A DNA stretch of 64,000 bases from Mobula hypostoma (Eukaryota). The notes below the pieces were generated by a model, which worked only from the letters and a program-made list of their open reading frames with translations, was not told the DNA's origin and searched no databases. Position 1 is the first letter of the stretch; the number at the start of each line of letters is the position of its first letter. The position numbers and the translations under genes were made by a program. The stretch lies in NCBI RefSeq assembly GCF_963921235.1, contig NC_086097.1, forward strand, positions 183,956,001-184,020,000. The letters are read 5' to 3'. Below, piece after piece: positions 13,901 to 26,029 of this stretch.

Positions 13901-16114
13901 TTAAAATTTTTACTTTTCCCCATCGAATGATACAAGTCAGACAGCATTTAGTATTTGTGCTTAGATATTATAATATGCACAATAATCATTAAGTCTGCTT
14001 CACAATTCCATTTAATAAATAAAAATCTTTTAGTTCCTTGCTCTTAAAATACAATAAAGGAAGGAGGGTGTGTAAAATAGAATTCACTTTGCCTTTCTTG
14101 ATCTACATAATTGGTTAGTCATCATTAGCCTTATACATATAAATGTTTGGGTGCAGAAAGTACAAACTTAAATTACAAAGGAATGGGTATTGTAGTAATA
14201 TTGTGTTGTAACTCGAGGCCATGCTCATCTAAGGATTATTTAAATAATTTTGGAAACCTGAAAATATTAGTAAAATGGAGCCACAATATTACTATATCAA
14301 TTGCTGTCTATCATGAAGCATAAAGTCACGCTTGAGAGAACCAATCAGAAAAACAATAATGTCATGGTAAAAGAACATTCACACTGCTGGAACAAAGCAT
14401 ACTTTGACTTTGAGAATAAATTGCATTGTTGTGGAACAATTGCAGGAGCATTATTCTACAACTAACCTTGCAGTATGGTATTGGCAGTGAATGTAGAAAT
14501 TATCAAAAAGTAGAAATACATTCAACAAAATAAAAGATTCTAGAGAACTGTGAACAATCAAAATAAACACTTATAATTGTATGTGCTTTGGTTTCTAATT
14601 TAGTGTAATATGCTAACATTTAAGGCTGTGGAACCACAAGTGTGTGAGCTCCAAGCATAACACAAAATTAGCAGTCAAGTTAATTACCAATAAAAATGCA
14701 GATAGCAAAAGTGAAACTTTTCCACATTGCATCCTCCAACACTTTACAGTGAAGATTAACATAATCGCCTCCAGGCAACAAAGATAGAAAGAGAGTTTAT
14801 AAAGAACACTGTGCTTTCGACTGCAAACGTCAATCTCCTTCTGTGAAAAGACTATAGGGAAGTATTCTGAAGTTATGGCTTGCAGCAGATGTAGTGAGTG
14901 TTGAATATTCATCACTAAATGAAAAATTGAAAAGGAATCAAATTTATTAAGAATTAAAATGCTCTCTAGTCCTCTGACAGATTCACGAGTTAGCCTGTGA
15001 CAAAAGCTAATGGCAGATGTTTCAGTACCAGCACCTAGAGCTTGAGTAATAGAAAAGAAAAGAAATTGCTTTGAACTTCAACCGTGCTTTAAATGCTTCA
15101 AATCAATGGGGTCACAGGACTCTTTAATAGTATGATGAGGTCTTGCCCCAGCAGATACTCATAGTGACATGTTGATGGGCTTCCAAAGAGTAGGTCATAA
15201 AAATTCAGGCTTTTCTCTGAAAGAGTGCATTGTGTGACAGAGGTCCATTTAGAGTGACTCCTTAGTGCAGCCAATCTCATCTCAAAAGATGGACTGTGAT
15301 AGTCTTTTAGTCTCTAGCCAATTGAATGAGAATGTGACCCCAGAATGTTGTGAATTACTTCTGGAAACTTAATCTACAAACTGGCCTCTTCATATGTAGA
15401 CCACTGAATTCATGTTTACCTCTAAATGGCTGTCACAAAAACTATTCATCAAAATCAAAAGGGAAGGTTTTCACATAAGACTGAATCTAGTACAGCACTT
15501 TTAAATAATCATTAGACATCATTTCAAGTCTTGAGACCATTTAAAAATCCACAAAGCTAGCTTTTACCATTCATCAGAATTGCATTTAGTTCGGATATTG
15601 TTGTGATAAAAGAGTGTGTAATGTGTCCATCTTTATCAATTTCACAGCTTCATTCTTTCCATGTGAGAAGAGTGTTTTTTTAAAAAACATCTCCAATGAA
15701 GAGAGCGAAAGACAGATGGCAGAATCCTTTAATATCTGTTTTTTTTATTTGCATGGTGTAATGTGGTAAAGCAGTTTTGAATGAAACCAGTCAATGCAAG
15801 AACATTAAACAGGACTTGAAGGTGGATGAATGGTACAAAGAGTTCTAATGATTTATCAAACCTTGTTTAATCCTAATGATTGTTTTATGAACAAAGACCA
15901 CACTGTTAAGAATGGAACATATGGAGTGTTCTCATGTCTTGACCATGACAGTGGACACATCAAGAGTAAAACATACATGGTACTAATGTATTACCATTGT
16001 AAATACTTGTGGAGTATTACTTTATTGCTTTAATGGCAAAGGCTAACAATATTGCAGAGGACTACATATTTTTATTCTCAAAACACATAGTTCCGCTGTA
16101 GTTTCAATTTCTAA

Positions 16115-16273
16115 GCAACACTCACAACACGCTGGAGGAACTCAGCAGGTCGGGCAGCATCCGTGGAAACGATCAGTCGACGTTTCCATGGATGCTGCCT
16201 GACCTGCTGAGTTCCTCCAGCGTGTTGTGAGTGTTGCTTTGACCCCAGCATCTGCAGATTACTTTGTGTTTAC
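16115..16273. mobile_element. Penelope-derived fold-back mini-element (59-bp arms, 9-nt loop) with 14-bp TSD
   Basis: Arms 16113-16171 and 16181-16239 are reverse complements with 2 mismatches; TSD gtttcaatttctaa (16101-16114) / gtttcagtttctaa (16274-16287); homologous to the Penelope terminus at 38.95 and 40.3 kb. Confidence 0.88.
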
Positions 16274-16309
16274 GTTTCAGTTTCTAACATTGACCAAAAC
16301 TTTAATTAA

Positions 16310-16866
16310 TGGGGACTGTTGATAATAATTTATGCTGGAAATGTAAAAATGAGGTGGGCACATATTTTCACGTGATGTGGGAGTGTTCCATGGTTCGTCC
16401 ATTTTGGTGTAAAATTCTTGATTTGTTGTGGAATTGGTTGGGTTCCACACTGTCCTTGTGCCCATGGCTTTGTCTCTTGGATGATAGGACAATGATACCT
16501 AATGTAAACAATGACAAATTTACTATTTTAAAGGTGGGTCTCATCACAGTTGCAAGAATTATATTGCAAAACTGGAAAAAACCCAGATGTCCCACTGTGA
16601 AGGAATGGACTAGGGAAATGATTAAGATTTCATCATATGAACACATGTTGGGAAGAATTAACAATGAGGGAAAACTGCAAGACGCATGGGATTAATTTTG
16701 GTTGTATGTTAATTTAAATTTAAATAAGAACTTTCTGTTTCTAACTTTTATTTGTTTTCCTGTCATGGGATGGCTGTGTAAATATGCTGTACTCTATCTG
16801 CTCTATGATATGCTGTGCTGCTTTGTTAAATAAGAATAAACAATAATAATAACTTGAATTACAAAA
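16310..16866 (+). mobile_element. 5'-truncated L1-clade LINE 3' end
   Basis: ORF 16309..16695 has the L1 ORF2 C-terminal zinc knuckle (CWKCKNEVGTYFHVMWEC...PFW); AATAAA and an A tail follow; perfect 14-bp TSD aaaactttaattaa (16296-16309 / 16867-16880). Confidence 0.9.
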
Positions 16867-17054
16867 AAAACTTTAATTAACAAGATTATTTTGTTGAGTT
16901 TTAATTCTCAGTATTAATTAGCTGATAAAATTTGGTTTTGATGATTTTAATTTCTTTATACGTCATAGCTGTTTGGTTGTTTTATTTTTCCTTACCATGA
17001 ATTTCACAATGGAATTAAAAGTTCCTGTTGTAAGTGGGTCATGAATATTCAATA

Positions 17055-17360
17055 AAAGTCATGCAACATGGAAACAGGTTTGTCGGCCTATCAATCCATG
17101 ATGATCACCAAGCATCCATTCACATTTCAATTTATTCTCTTATCGCCATTCTCCTCAAATTCTACCACTCACGTCCAGTTTGGAGCATTTAGAGTGGCTG
17201 ACTAATCTACTAACCGACATGTCATTGTGATGTGGGAGAAACGGAAAACCCAGAGGAAAGCATGTGGCCTCAGTGAGAATGTGAAAATTCCACACCGAAA
17301 GCACTGGAGGTTCCGATCGAGCCTAGGTCACCAGCGTTGAGAGGCACCACCTCTACTATA
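17055..17360 (-). mobile_element. V-SINE (HE1-like) tRNA-derived SINE, degraded
   Basis: Reverse V-domain-like core (gatgtgggagaaacggaaaacccagaggaaagc...gagaatgtgaaaattccacacc), tRNA-like head at the right end and CR1-like tail at the left end. Confidence 0.7.
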
Positions 17361-17379
17361 TTCAACAGAAAATGCCAGC

Positions 17380-17520
17380 AACACTCAGCAGATCAGGCCA
17401 CATTTTTAAAAAGAGAAACAGAATTAATACTTGAATGCTAATTATGTTTGGCTTTCTACAGATGCCCTCTGATCTGCTGAGATTTTCTGAACTCTCTGTA
17501 TTTAGCTTATGCAGCTTTTT
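17380..17520. repeat. Degraded Penelope-type hairpin
   Basis: ctcagcagatcag (~17383) is inverted as ctgatctgctgag (~17469). Confidence 0.55.
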
Positions 17521-18999
17521 TCCTATTTATAAATAGTCAAAATATAAGATGATTATACAATAATATTATAGATACAGTATCATGAACAAATATTGAATGT
17601 TTTTTAAACTCTAGTTTCGTTGATTCAGGGTTGTATAAATTCAGTTCTTAGCTTTGTTGAACATTCAAGGTCACTCTTCAAATCCAAGAATCAATGGTTA
17701 ATCTCCGTACCTGAAAGCTGTGACCAGACTTTGTTTTAATTCATTACACCCGAGGTCATCATCTTATTTAAATAGTATGTCAGTAGCATAGCACCAGGTA
17801 ACCCTGCTTTGGCTTAGAGAAGGATAAGTATTGTCATGTTCCTTTTGCCTTGGGCTATAGAAAGCAAGGAACATATGGATTGAGCCTCATGACATACAGT
17901 AGATCTCTCACTGTTTTTATTTCTAAAAACTTCAACAAAAACAAAATTATGAGAAATAAATAAATGGTTAACTTGTTAACTCATATTGCATCAAAAATCG
18001 TGCAATGAGGAAGCAATACATTTTGCCTCATTTACACAATATTCTCAAATGCTTGTAAACAAAGAATTGAGTTTAGCTTGCCATTGTGTTTTTATAACAA
18101 TTGCTCCATTTAATAAAGTAACTAATTTTTGTAGTCAGTTTGCACAAATGATAAACTGCACTTTGTAGTTTCATTTGTCGTTTTCCTCTGTTCTATTATC
18201 TGATTGTATCACTAACTAAATCAATATTACCACCTTTTTCTTAAATGATTTTAAAGTCATAATCTGACATGATTTGCATTGTAAAATTTCAGAGAACATT
18301 GGAGCTGTTCTGCTCTGTGCAACAGAGAACCTCTGGATATTGTACTATTCTGTTTAGTGTCACAAGTCAATAAGTATGAATTAGGAATCTGTACCTATAC
18401 CTGCTTGTCGAGTGTGTTTGTGGCACAATATATATCAAAGTTTTAATTCCTGTTGGAATTACTTCCACAGAATGGTGAATTGAAGGATCTATTTTACTGC
18501 AAAACAGGCAAGTGTAAAAATTTTCCAGGCTCTGCATATTGCCATGCATGTTCAAAATGCCCTCACCAATACATATGTATGCACTGCCTACTGCCTTACA
18601 TAATGGTTATGTGCAGACAGCAACTCTGTCGACTAGCTGTACAACTCAGCAGGGGACACAGTATTGCAAAAAAAAGGCTGCAATTATATATTGCAGGTTT
18701 AAATTCTGTAGTATTTTTCTGGGTATGAGCATACTATTTTGTACTTACAGTTCTAAATCGCTTGCTGCTGTAAGGCACATGGTTTGAAACTGGAAGAATA
18801 AACCTGCTGCTGAGGTCTGGAAGTCTATTGAATAAACTGTTTTGAAAAATAAATGAGATGCATCAATGTGGCAGTGGTTAAGTAAAAGCTATGTGGTATA
18901 CAGATGTATATGACATATTTGAAGAGGAGTATTTTTTGTGGTGCTTATTTTGTGTATATGTGAAAAATGGTAAATTACTTCATCTTATAATGGACTGGG

Positions 19000-19610
19000 A
19001 AGCTGATAAGGAGCCTACAGGTGATGGTGTGCTGTAAAGATCCTGAAGCCTTGAATCTACTTGACAATAGAGATGCTGTTGGATGGAGTATCTGCAGTGC
19101 ATTTGTAGTTGACGCACACAGCACCCACCAAGCAACAGTAGTGAAGGGATTGAACATTTAGGGCGGAGGGTTGTGTGCCTTCAAATGGATGCCTTGACCT
19201 TGATGGTGCTGAGAGCTGTTGCAACTGTATTCCTCTAGACAGCTAGAGAAAATTCCACCTCACAGCTAAGTAATGCCTTGGAGATGGTGAAAAGGCTTTG
19301 GATTAAAATAACATGAGTTGCTTTCCTCAAGTTTTCCAGCTTCTGAACCTCACTGTATTTGCTATTCATGTGGCTGGTCACAGTAAGTGTCTGGTCAACA
19401 GTGACTATCAGGCATTGATGGTAGTGACTCAGTGAAATAAAATGCCAGGATTCAAGTCTCTTGTTAGAGAAGGTGATTTTCTGACTTTGTTGTGCCAGAA
19501 GGGTTATTAGCTACTTTGTCAGCCCCTGCCTGAATATTATCTTGCTGCATGAATGCGTGGACTGCTTCACTTGCTGAAGACTTGTAAGTGGAATGAAACA
19601 TTATGCAATT
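19000..19610 (-). mobile_element. Ancient CR1/L2-group LINE fragment
   Basis: Decayed RT-like sequence that appears related to fragments at ~35240-35460, 41085-41165 and 61640-61780; family assignment is uncertain. Confidence 0.4.
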
Positions 19611-19769
19611 GCCTGCAACTGTCTCCATGTCTCAAGCAGCCACTTGCACCTTACCTCTGGAATTTTGCTCTTTGGACCCCGTCTGGGGTTGAAAACTGGA
19701 GTCCAGTGTCTTGGTCAACCCCAAACTGGGCATTAATGGACAGATTGTTAAATGTTGATTCAGAATTAA

Positions 19770-20313
19770 ATCTGCTGGCTGTTGGTGGAACTCGAAGGGC
19801 AGCTGAAGTTCCCCAACCATATCGCAGCCTCCACGCTGCAACCAGACATTGTCCTTGTGTCTGAGTCGACTGAGCAAGTAGTGCTGCTGGAGCTGACAGT
19901 CCCATGGAAAGATCGCATGGAAGAGGCCTTTGAAAGGAAGCTCTCGAAGTACGCAGGACTGGTCAGCCAATGTCGGCAGGCTGGATGGGGAGTGAGGTAT
20001 CTCCCAGTGGAGGTTGGTTGTAGGGGATTCGCAGCCCGTTCTTTAGTTAGAGCCTTCAGCAATTTGGGCATCAAGGGAGAGAGGAAGAGGAGAGCCATCC
20101 GCAGTACAACCGATGCGGCAGAGAGGGCCTCAAGATGGCTGTGGCCCAAAAGAGGGGAGCCATGGAGTCATAAGTAGCTAGCCATCTGGACACAAGCTGG
20201 GGTCTGATCAGCCCCGGCTGGGTCACCTGGAGAAGGTTGTACGATGTTGAAAGATTCGAAACACCCGATGATCCCAGGAACATCACTGAAGATGTGTCCA
20301 GAAGCATCAGTAG
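19770..20313 (+). mobile_element. HERO-like (R2-group) non-LTR retrotransposon 3' end with restriction-like endonuclease
   Basis: ORF 19782..20177 has RLE motifs QPDIVL, LLELTVPW, ERKLSKY and PVEVGCRGF, followed by a ~135-nt structured 3' UTR. Confidence 0.9.
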
Positions 20314-20409
20314 ATCTATGTACACAACTGCTATAATAATGGGGGTCTTGGGAGAACAATCCATCAAGATGAATCATTCACTTGACAATTCTGGCTGGAA
20401 ATGGATTCA

Positions 20410-22310
20410 GAGTCATAGAGTACTACAGCACAGAACCATAGAACCATAGAAACTACAGCACAGAAACAGGCCCTTTGGCCCTTCTTGGCTGTGCTGAACC
20501 ATTTTCTGCCTAGTCCCACTGACCTGCACACGGACCATATCCCACCATACACCTCCCATCCATGTATCTGTCCCATTTATTCTTAAATGTTAAAAAAGAA
20601 CCCGCATTTACCACCTCGTCTGGCAGCTCATTCCATACTCCCACCACTCTCTGTGTGAAGAAGCCCCACCTAATGTTCCCTTTAAACTTTTCCCCCCTCA
20701 CCCTTAACCCATGTCCTCTGGTTTTTTTCTCCCCTTGCCTCAGTGGAAAAAGCCTGCTTGCATTCACTCTATCTATACCCATCATAATTTTATATACCTC
20801 TATCAAATCTCCCCTCATTCTTCTACGCTCCAGGGAATAAAGTCCTAACCTATTCAACCTTTCTCTGTAACTATTCAACCTTTCTCAAGTCCTGGCAACA
20901 TCCTTGTAAACCTTCTCTGCACTCTTTCAACCTTATTTATATCCTTCCTGTAATTTGGTGACCAAAACTGAACACAATACTCCAGATTCGGCCTTACCAA
21001 TGCCTTATACAACCTCATCATAACATTCCAGCTCTTATACACAATACTTCGATTAATAAAGGCCAATGTACCAAAAGCTCTCTTTACGACCCTATCTATC
21101 TGTGACAACACTTTTAGGGAATTTTGTATCTGTATTCCCAGATCCCTCTGTTCCACTGCACTCCTCAGTGCCTTACCATTAACCCTGCATGTTCTACCTT
21201 GGTTTGTCCTTCCAACATGCGATACCTCACACTTGTCAGTATTAAACTCCATCTGCCATTTTTCAGCCCATTTTTCCAGCTGGTCTAAGTCCCTCTGCAG
21301 GCTCTGAAAACCTTCCTCACTGTCTACTACACCTCCACTCTTTGTATCATCAGCAAACTTGCTGATCCAATTTACCACATTATCATCCAGATCATTGATA
21401 TAGATGACAAATAACAATGGACCCAGCACTGATCCCTGTGGCACACCACTAGTCACAGGCCTCCACTCAGAGAAGCAATTCTCTACCACCACTCTCTGGC
21501 TTCTTCCATCGAGCCAATGTCTAATCCAATTTACCACCTCTCCATGTATACCGAGCGACTGAATTTTCCTAACTAACCTCCCATGCGGGACCTTGTCAAA
21601 GGCCTTACTGAAGTCCATGTAGACAATATCCACTGCCTTCCCTTCATCCACTTTCCTGGTAACCTCCTCGAAAAACTCCAACAGATTGGTCAAACATGAC
21701 CTACCATGCACAAAGCCATGTTGACTCTCCCTAATAAGTCCCTGTCTATCCAAATGCTTGTAGATTCTGTCTCTTAGTACTCCCTCCAATAACTTACCTA
21801 CTACCGACGTTAAACTCACCGGCCTATAATTTCCCGGATTACTTTTCGATCCTTTTTTAAACAACGGAACAACATGAGGCACTCTCCAATCCTCCGGCAC
21901 TTCACCCGTAGACAGCGACATTTTAAATATTTCTGCCAGGGCCCCCGCAATTTCAACACTAGTCTCCTTCAAGGTCCGAGGGAACACTCTGTCCGGTCCC
22001 GGGGATTTATCCACTTTAATTTTCCTCAAGACAGCAAGCACCTCCTCCTTTTCAATCTGTACAGTTTCCATGGTCTCACTACTTGATTCCCTCAATTCCA
22101 TAGATTTCATGCCAGCTTCCTTAGTAAATACAGACGCAAAAAACCTATTTAAGATCTCCCCCATTTCCTTTGGTTCCACACAAAGCCGACCACTCTGATC
22201 TTCAAGAGGACCAATTTTATCCCTTACAATCCTTTTGCTCTTAATATACTTGTAAAAGCTCTTTGAATTATCCTTCACTTTGACTGCCAAGGCAACCTCA
22301 TGTCTTCTTT
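20410..22310 (-). mobile_element. Young 5'-truncated CR1
   Basis: CR1 3' tail (accataga)n at ~20435; long open RT frame. Confidence 0.96.
20875..22290 (-). CDS. CR1 ORF2 reverse transcriptase domain, 471 aa uninterrupted (partial; C-terminus continues in 20510..20878)
   Basis: All RT motifs present ([34 protein letters not shown]); the frame is broken only by a short duplication (ctattcaacctttctc twice) at 20850-20886. Confidence 0.85.
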   Translation of the reverse strand: MAVKVKDNSKSFYKYIKSKRIVRDKIGPLEDQSGRLCVEPKEMGEILNRFFASVFTKEAGMKSMELRESSSETMETVQIEKEEVLAVLRKIKVDKSPGPDRVFPRTLKETSVEIAGALAEIFKMSLSTGEVPEDWRVPHVVPLFKKGSKSNPGNYRPVSLTSVVGKLLEGVLRDRIYKHLDRQGLIRESQHGFVHGRSCLTNLLEFFEEVTRKVDEGKAVDIVYMDFSKAFDKVPHGRLVRKIQSLGIHGEVVNWIRHWLDGRSQRVVVENCFSEWRPVTSGVPQGSVLGPLLFVIYINDLDDNVVNWISKFADDTKSGGVVDSEEGFQSLQRDLDQLEKWAEKWQMEFNTDKCEVSHVGRTNQGRTCRVNGKALRSAVEQRDLGIQIQNSLKVLSQIDRVVKRAFGTLAFINRSIVYKSWNVMMRLYKALVRPNLEYCVQFWSPNYRKDINKVERVQRRFTRMLPGLEKG

Positions 22311-22499
22311 TTTGGCCTATGGTTCTTTGGCCCAGCTAGTCCACGCTGGCCTGGTTTCCTGCCTAGTCTCATCTACCTGCACTTGGAGCACCGCCCTCCA
22401 TACCTCTCTCATCTATGCTCCTATTCAACCTTGTTTAAACATCACAATTGTACGTGTATCCACCACTTCCGCTGCAGCTCATTCCATTCTCACACCACC

Positions 22500-23262
22500 A
22501 GAGTGAATTGTGGACTTCAGGAAGGGTAAGACAAAGGAACACATACCAATCCTCATAGAGGGATCAGAAGTGGAGACAGTGAGCAGCTTCGAGTTCCTGT
22601 GTGTCGAGATCTCTGAGGATCTAACCTGGTCCCAACATATCGATGTAGTTATAAAGAAGGCAAGACAGCAGCTATACTTCATTAGGAGTTTGAAGAGATT
22701 TGGCATGTCAACAAATACAGTCAAAAACTTCTATAGTTGTACTGTGGAGAGCATTCTGACAGGCTGCATCACTGTCTGGTATGGAGGGGCTACTGCACAG
22801 GACCGAAACAAGCTACAGAACGTTGTAAATCTAGTCAGCTCCATCTTGGGTACTAGCCTACATAGTACCCAGGACATCTTCAGGGAGCGGTGTCTGAGAA
22901 AGGCAATGTCCATTATTAAGGACCTCCAGCACCCAGGGCATGCCCTTTTCTCACTGTTACCATCAGGTAGGAGATACAGAAGCCTGAAGGCATACACTCA
23001 GCGATTCAGGAACAGCTTCTTCCCCTACGCCATCTGATTCCTAAATGGATATTGAATCTTTGGACAGTACCTCACTTTAAAAAAAATAGAGTATTTCTGT
23101 TTTTGTACTTTTAAAAAATCTATTCAATATATGTTATTGATTCACTTGTTTATGTATTATTATTTTTCTCTCTGCTAGATTATGTATTGCATTGAACTGC
23201 TGCTGCTAAGTTAACAAATTTCACATCACATGCCGGTGATAATAAACCTGATTCTGATTCTG
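22500..23262 (+). mobile_element. Rex1/Babar-type LINE 3' end
   Basis: ORF 22510..23037 (KKARQQLYFIR, ESILTGCITVWYG, LLPSGRRYRS, RFRNSFFP); (attctg)n tail at ~23250. Confidence 0.92.
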
Positions 23263-24489
23263 AAAAATACTCATCTTCAGATTCCCTATAAATTAATCTT
23301 AAATCTATAACTTCTAGTTCTGGTCTCACTCCACATAATGGGAAAAACTTGTATGCATTCACCCTATATACTCCTCAATTCTGTATACCTCTATAACATC
23401 TGCCCTCATTCTACTGAACTGTAGGGAATACAGTCCTAACCTATTGAACCTTTCCCTATCATTCAGGTTCTCAAGGCCCAGAAATATCCTCTCTCTACAA
23501 TCTTTCAAGCTTTTTGATATCTTCCCTATGGTTAGGTAACCAGAACTGCACACAGTACTCTATATTTGCCCTTACCAATGTCTTATACAATTTCATCCTA
23601 CAATAACATCCGAACTTTAGTGTTCAATCCACTGCTTTATGAAGGCTAATATTCCAGAAGCTCTCTTTACCACCCTATCTACCTGTGATGCCACTTCCAA
23701 GGAATTATGGATCTATATTCACAGGACCTTTTGTTTTGTTACACACCTCAGTGCCCTACCTTTCACTGTAAAAGTTTATCCTCTCAAGTGCAACATCTCA
23801 CACTTGCCTGTATCAAATTCCTCCACCTGGTCCAGGTCATATTGCAAGCTTCTCACTGACCACTATGTCCTCAATCTTGGTGTCATCTACAAATTCACTG
23901 ATCCAGTTTACCATATTATCATCTTAATTAATATAGATGATAAACAACACTAATATCTGTGACACACCACTAGTCATAGGCTTCCAATCAGAGAGACAAC
24001 ATTTACTACCACTCTGTGGCTTCACCCACTAATCCAATTGATTACTTCATCCTGAATGCCAAGTGACTCAATCTTCCAGACCAGCTTCCTGTGAAGGGCT
24101 TTGTTAAAAGCTTTGCTAGAGTCCATTTAGGTAATTTCCACTACCTTCCCTTCATCAATTTTCAAGGTAACCTCCCTGTAAAACCTTAAGATTAGCTGGA
24201 CATAACCTGCCATGCACAAAGCCATTTTAACTTCCCAAAGCCATCACTAATTATCCTCTCCCTTATAATACCATCCAATAATGTACCCATGATTAGTATG
24301 AGGCTCACTGGCCTATAATTTCATGGCTTATTCCTTTTTCAATAATGGAAGAACATTAGATATCCTCCAGTCCTCTGGCACTTCACTACGGCTAAGGAAA
24401 TTTTAAATACCATACCAGGCCCCTAATATTTCTGCATGAGGTTCCAATGTGGTCCAGGAGGAAGCCTGTCAAACCCTGGAGATTTATTT

Positions 24490-24838
24490 AGTGAGCAGTT
24501 TCAAGTTCCTGGGTGTAAAGATCTCTGAGGACCTAACCTGGTCCCAACATATGGATGCAGCTGAAGGGAGGGCAGGACAGAAACTATATTTCATTAGGAG
24601 TTTAAAGAGATTTGGTATGTCAACAAAAACACTGAAAAACTTATGCAGGTGTACCATGGAGAGCATTCTCACAAGCTGTGTCACTGTCCGGTATGGGGGT
24701 GGGGTTGGTGGTGGGGAGGAGGTACTGCACAGCACCAAAGGAGCTGCAGAGGGTTGTGGATTTAGTCAGCTCCGTCTTGGGTACTAGCCTACAATGTACC
24801 CAGGACATCGTCAAGGACCGGTGTCTTTTGAAGGCCTC
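24490..24838 (+). mobile_element. Rex1/Babar internal fragment
   Basis: Homologous to 22580-22905 (FKFLGVKISEDLTWSQH). Confidence 0.85.
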
Positions 24839-25130
24839 CCGCTTACCAAGCATCTCTTTGCCAAAAAAGAATCTATCCCAATCCATGCCTGCTAGATCCC
24901 TCATGATGGCATCAAAATTGACCTTTCTCAGGTTTAGAATCTTAACCCAAGGATTGTTTCTATCCTGCTCCATAATGATCTGGAAAGTAATGGAATAATA
25001 ATCACTAGATCTAAACAGTTCCCCTACACTCATTTCTATCTCCTGCCCTGTCACATACCTCAAGAGGAGATCTACTATTGCAATCACCCTAGTGAAAAGC
25101 TCTACATATTGATTCAGGAAACTTTCCTGA

Positions 25131-25350
25131 TGGCCATGGTTAAGGCGTTCGTCTAGTGATCTAAAGGTCGCTAGTTCGAGCCTCAGCTGTGGCAGCGTGT
25201 TTGTGTCCTTGAGCAAGGCACTTAATCACACATTGCTTTAGTGTCTGTTTGAGGAGTGGCGTCCCACACAGACTTCCAATCTGCACCTTGTAAGGCATGA
25301 AAGTGCCTGACGCAGGCTTCTCATGGTCTGAGTCGATGTTCCCTTCCCCT
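25131..25350 (+). mobile_element. tRNA-derived SINE
   Basis: B-box-like agttcgagcc at ~25173; SINE core-like gtgtccttgagcaaggcacttaatc; flanked by ttcctga on both sides inside the CR1. Confidence 0.75.
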
Positions 25351-26029
25351 TCCTGAATACATTTGGTGAATTCTATCCCATCCAGTTCTTGTACAGTATG
25401 GAAGTGAATAAAAGTTAAAATCACCTACTACAACAAGCATATTTTCTTGTGTCTGCTTGCAGTCTCTACAAATTTTCTCCTCTAAATTCTGCTGACTATT
25501 AGTTTGTTTATGATATAACTGCATTACTGTGGCGATCAGTATTTTTATTAATTGGCTTGGTAGACCCTTCAGTATGTCCTCTGAGCACAACCATGATATT
25601 TTCCACAATGAGTAATGCCAGCCTCCCCACATCATGTCTAAACAAGAGAACTGTGGACACCGAGCAGCCAGTCCTGCCCCTTCTGCAACTAAGTCCCACT
25701 AATGGTTATAACATCAGAATTCCATGTACGGATCAATGGCCTTAGTTGATCTACCTTGCCTACAATACTCCTTGCATTGAAATAGACAAAACTCAGAATA
25801 TTAGATCCATCAAACTCAACATTTTGGTATCCATCTTTGCTTGTAGTCTTAAAATTTACTTTTTCCACAGCCACTCCACTTGCCGTCCCGACACTCTGGT
25901 TGTCATAACCCTGAAACTCCAGCTGAGATTTCCTGAGCAGCACCAGCAAACCTTCGCACAATGAGATTGGTTCTCCTCCAGTTCAGGTGCAAACCATCCT
26001 GTTTGTGCAGATCCCAACTGCATCTTGGA

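Noticed and set aside
18453..18787. Cys-rich ORFs as a zinc-finger or toxin gene
   Set aside because: No recognisable cysteine spacing or domain; consistent with chance ORFs.
20255..20300. Hammerhead in the HERO 3' UTR (gaaac...ctgaaga)
   Set aside because: Stems II and III cannot be formed around the boxes, and the second copy has ctgaagg and lacks the GAAA at that position.
25131..25200. tRNA gene
   Set aside because: No complete cloverleaf; it continues into a SINE body inside a CR1.
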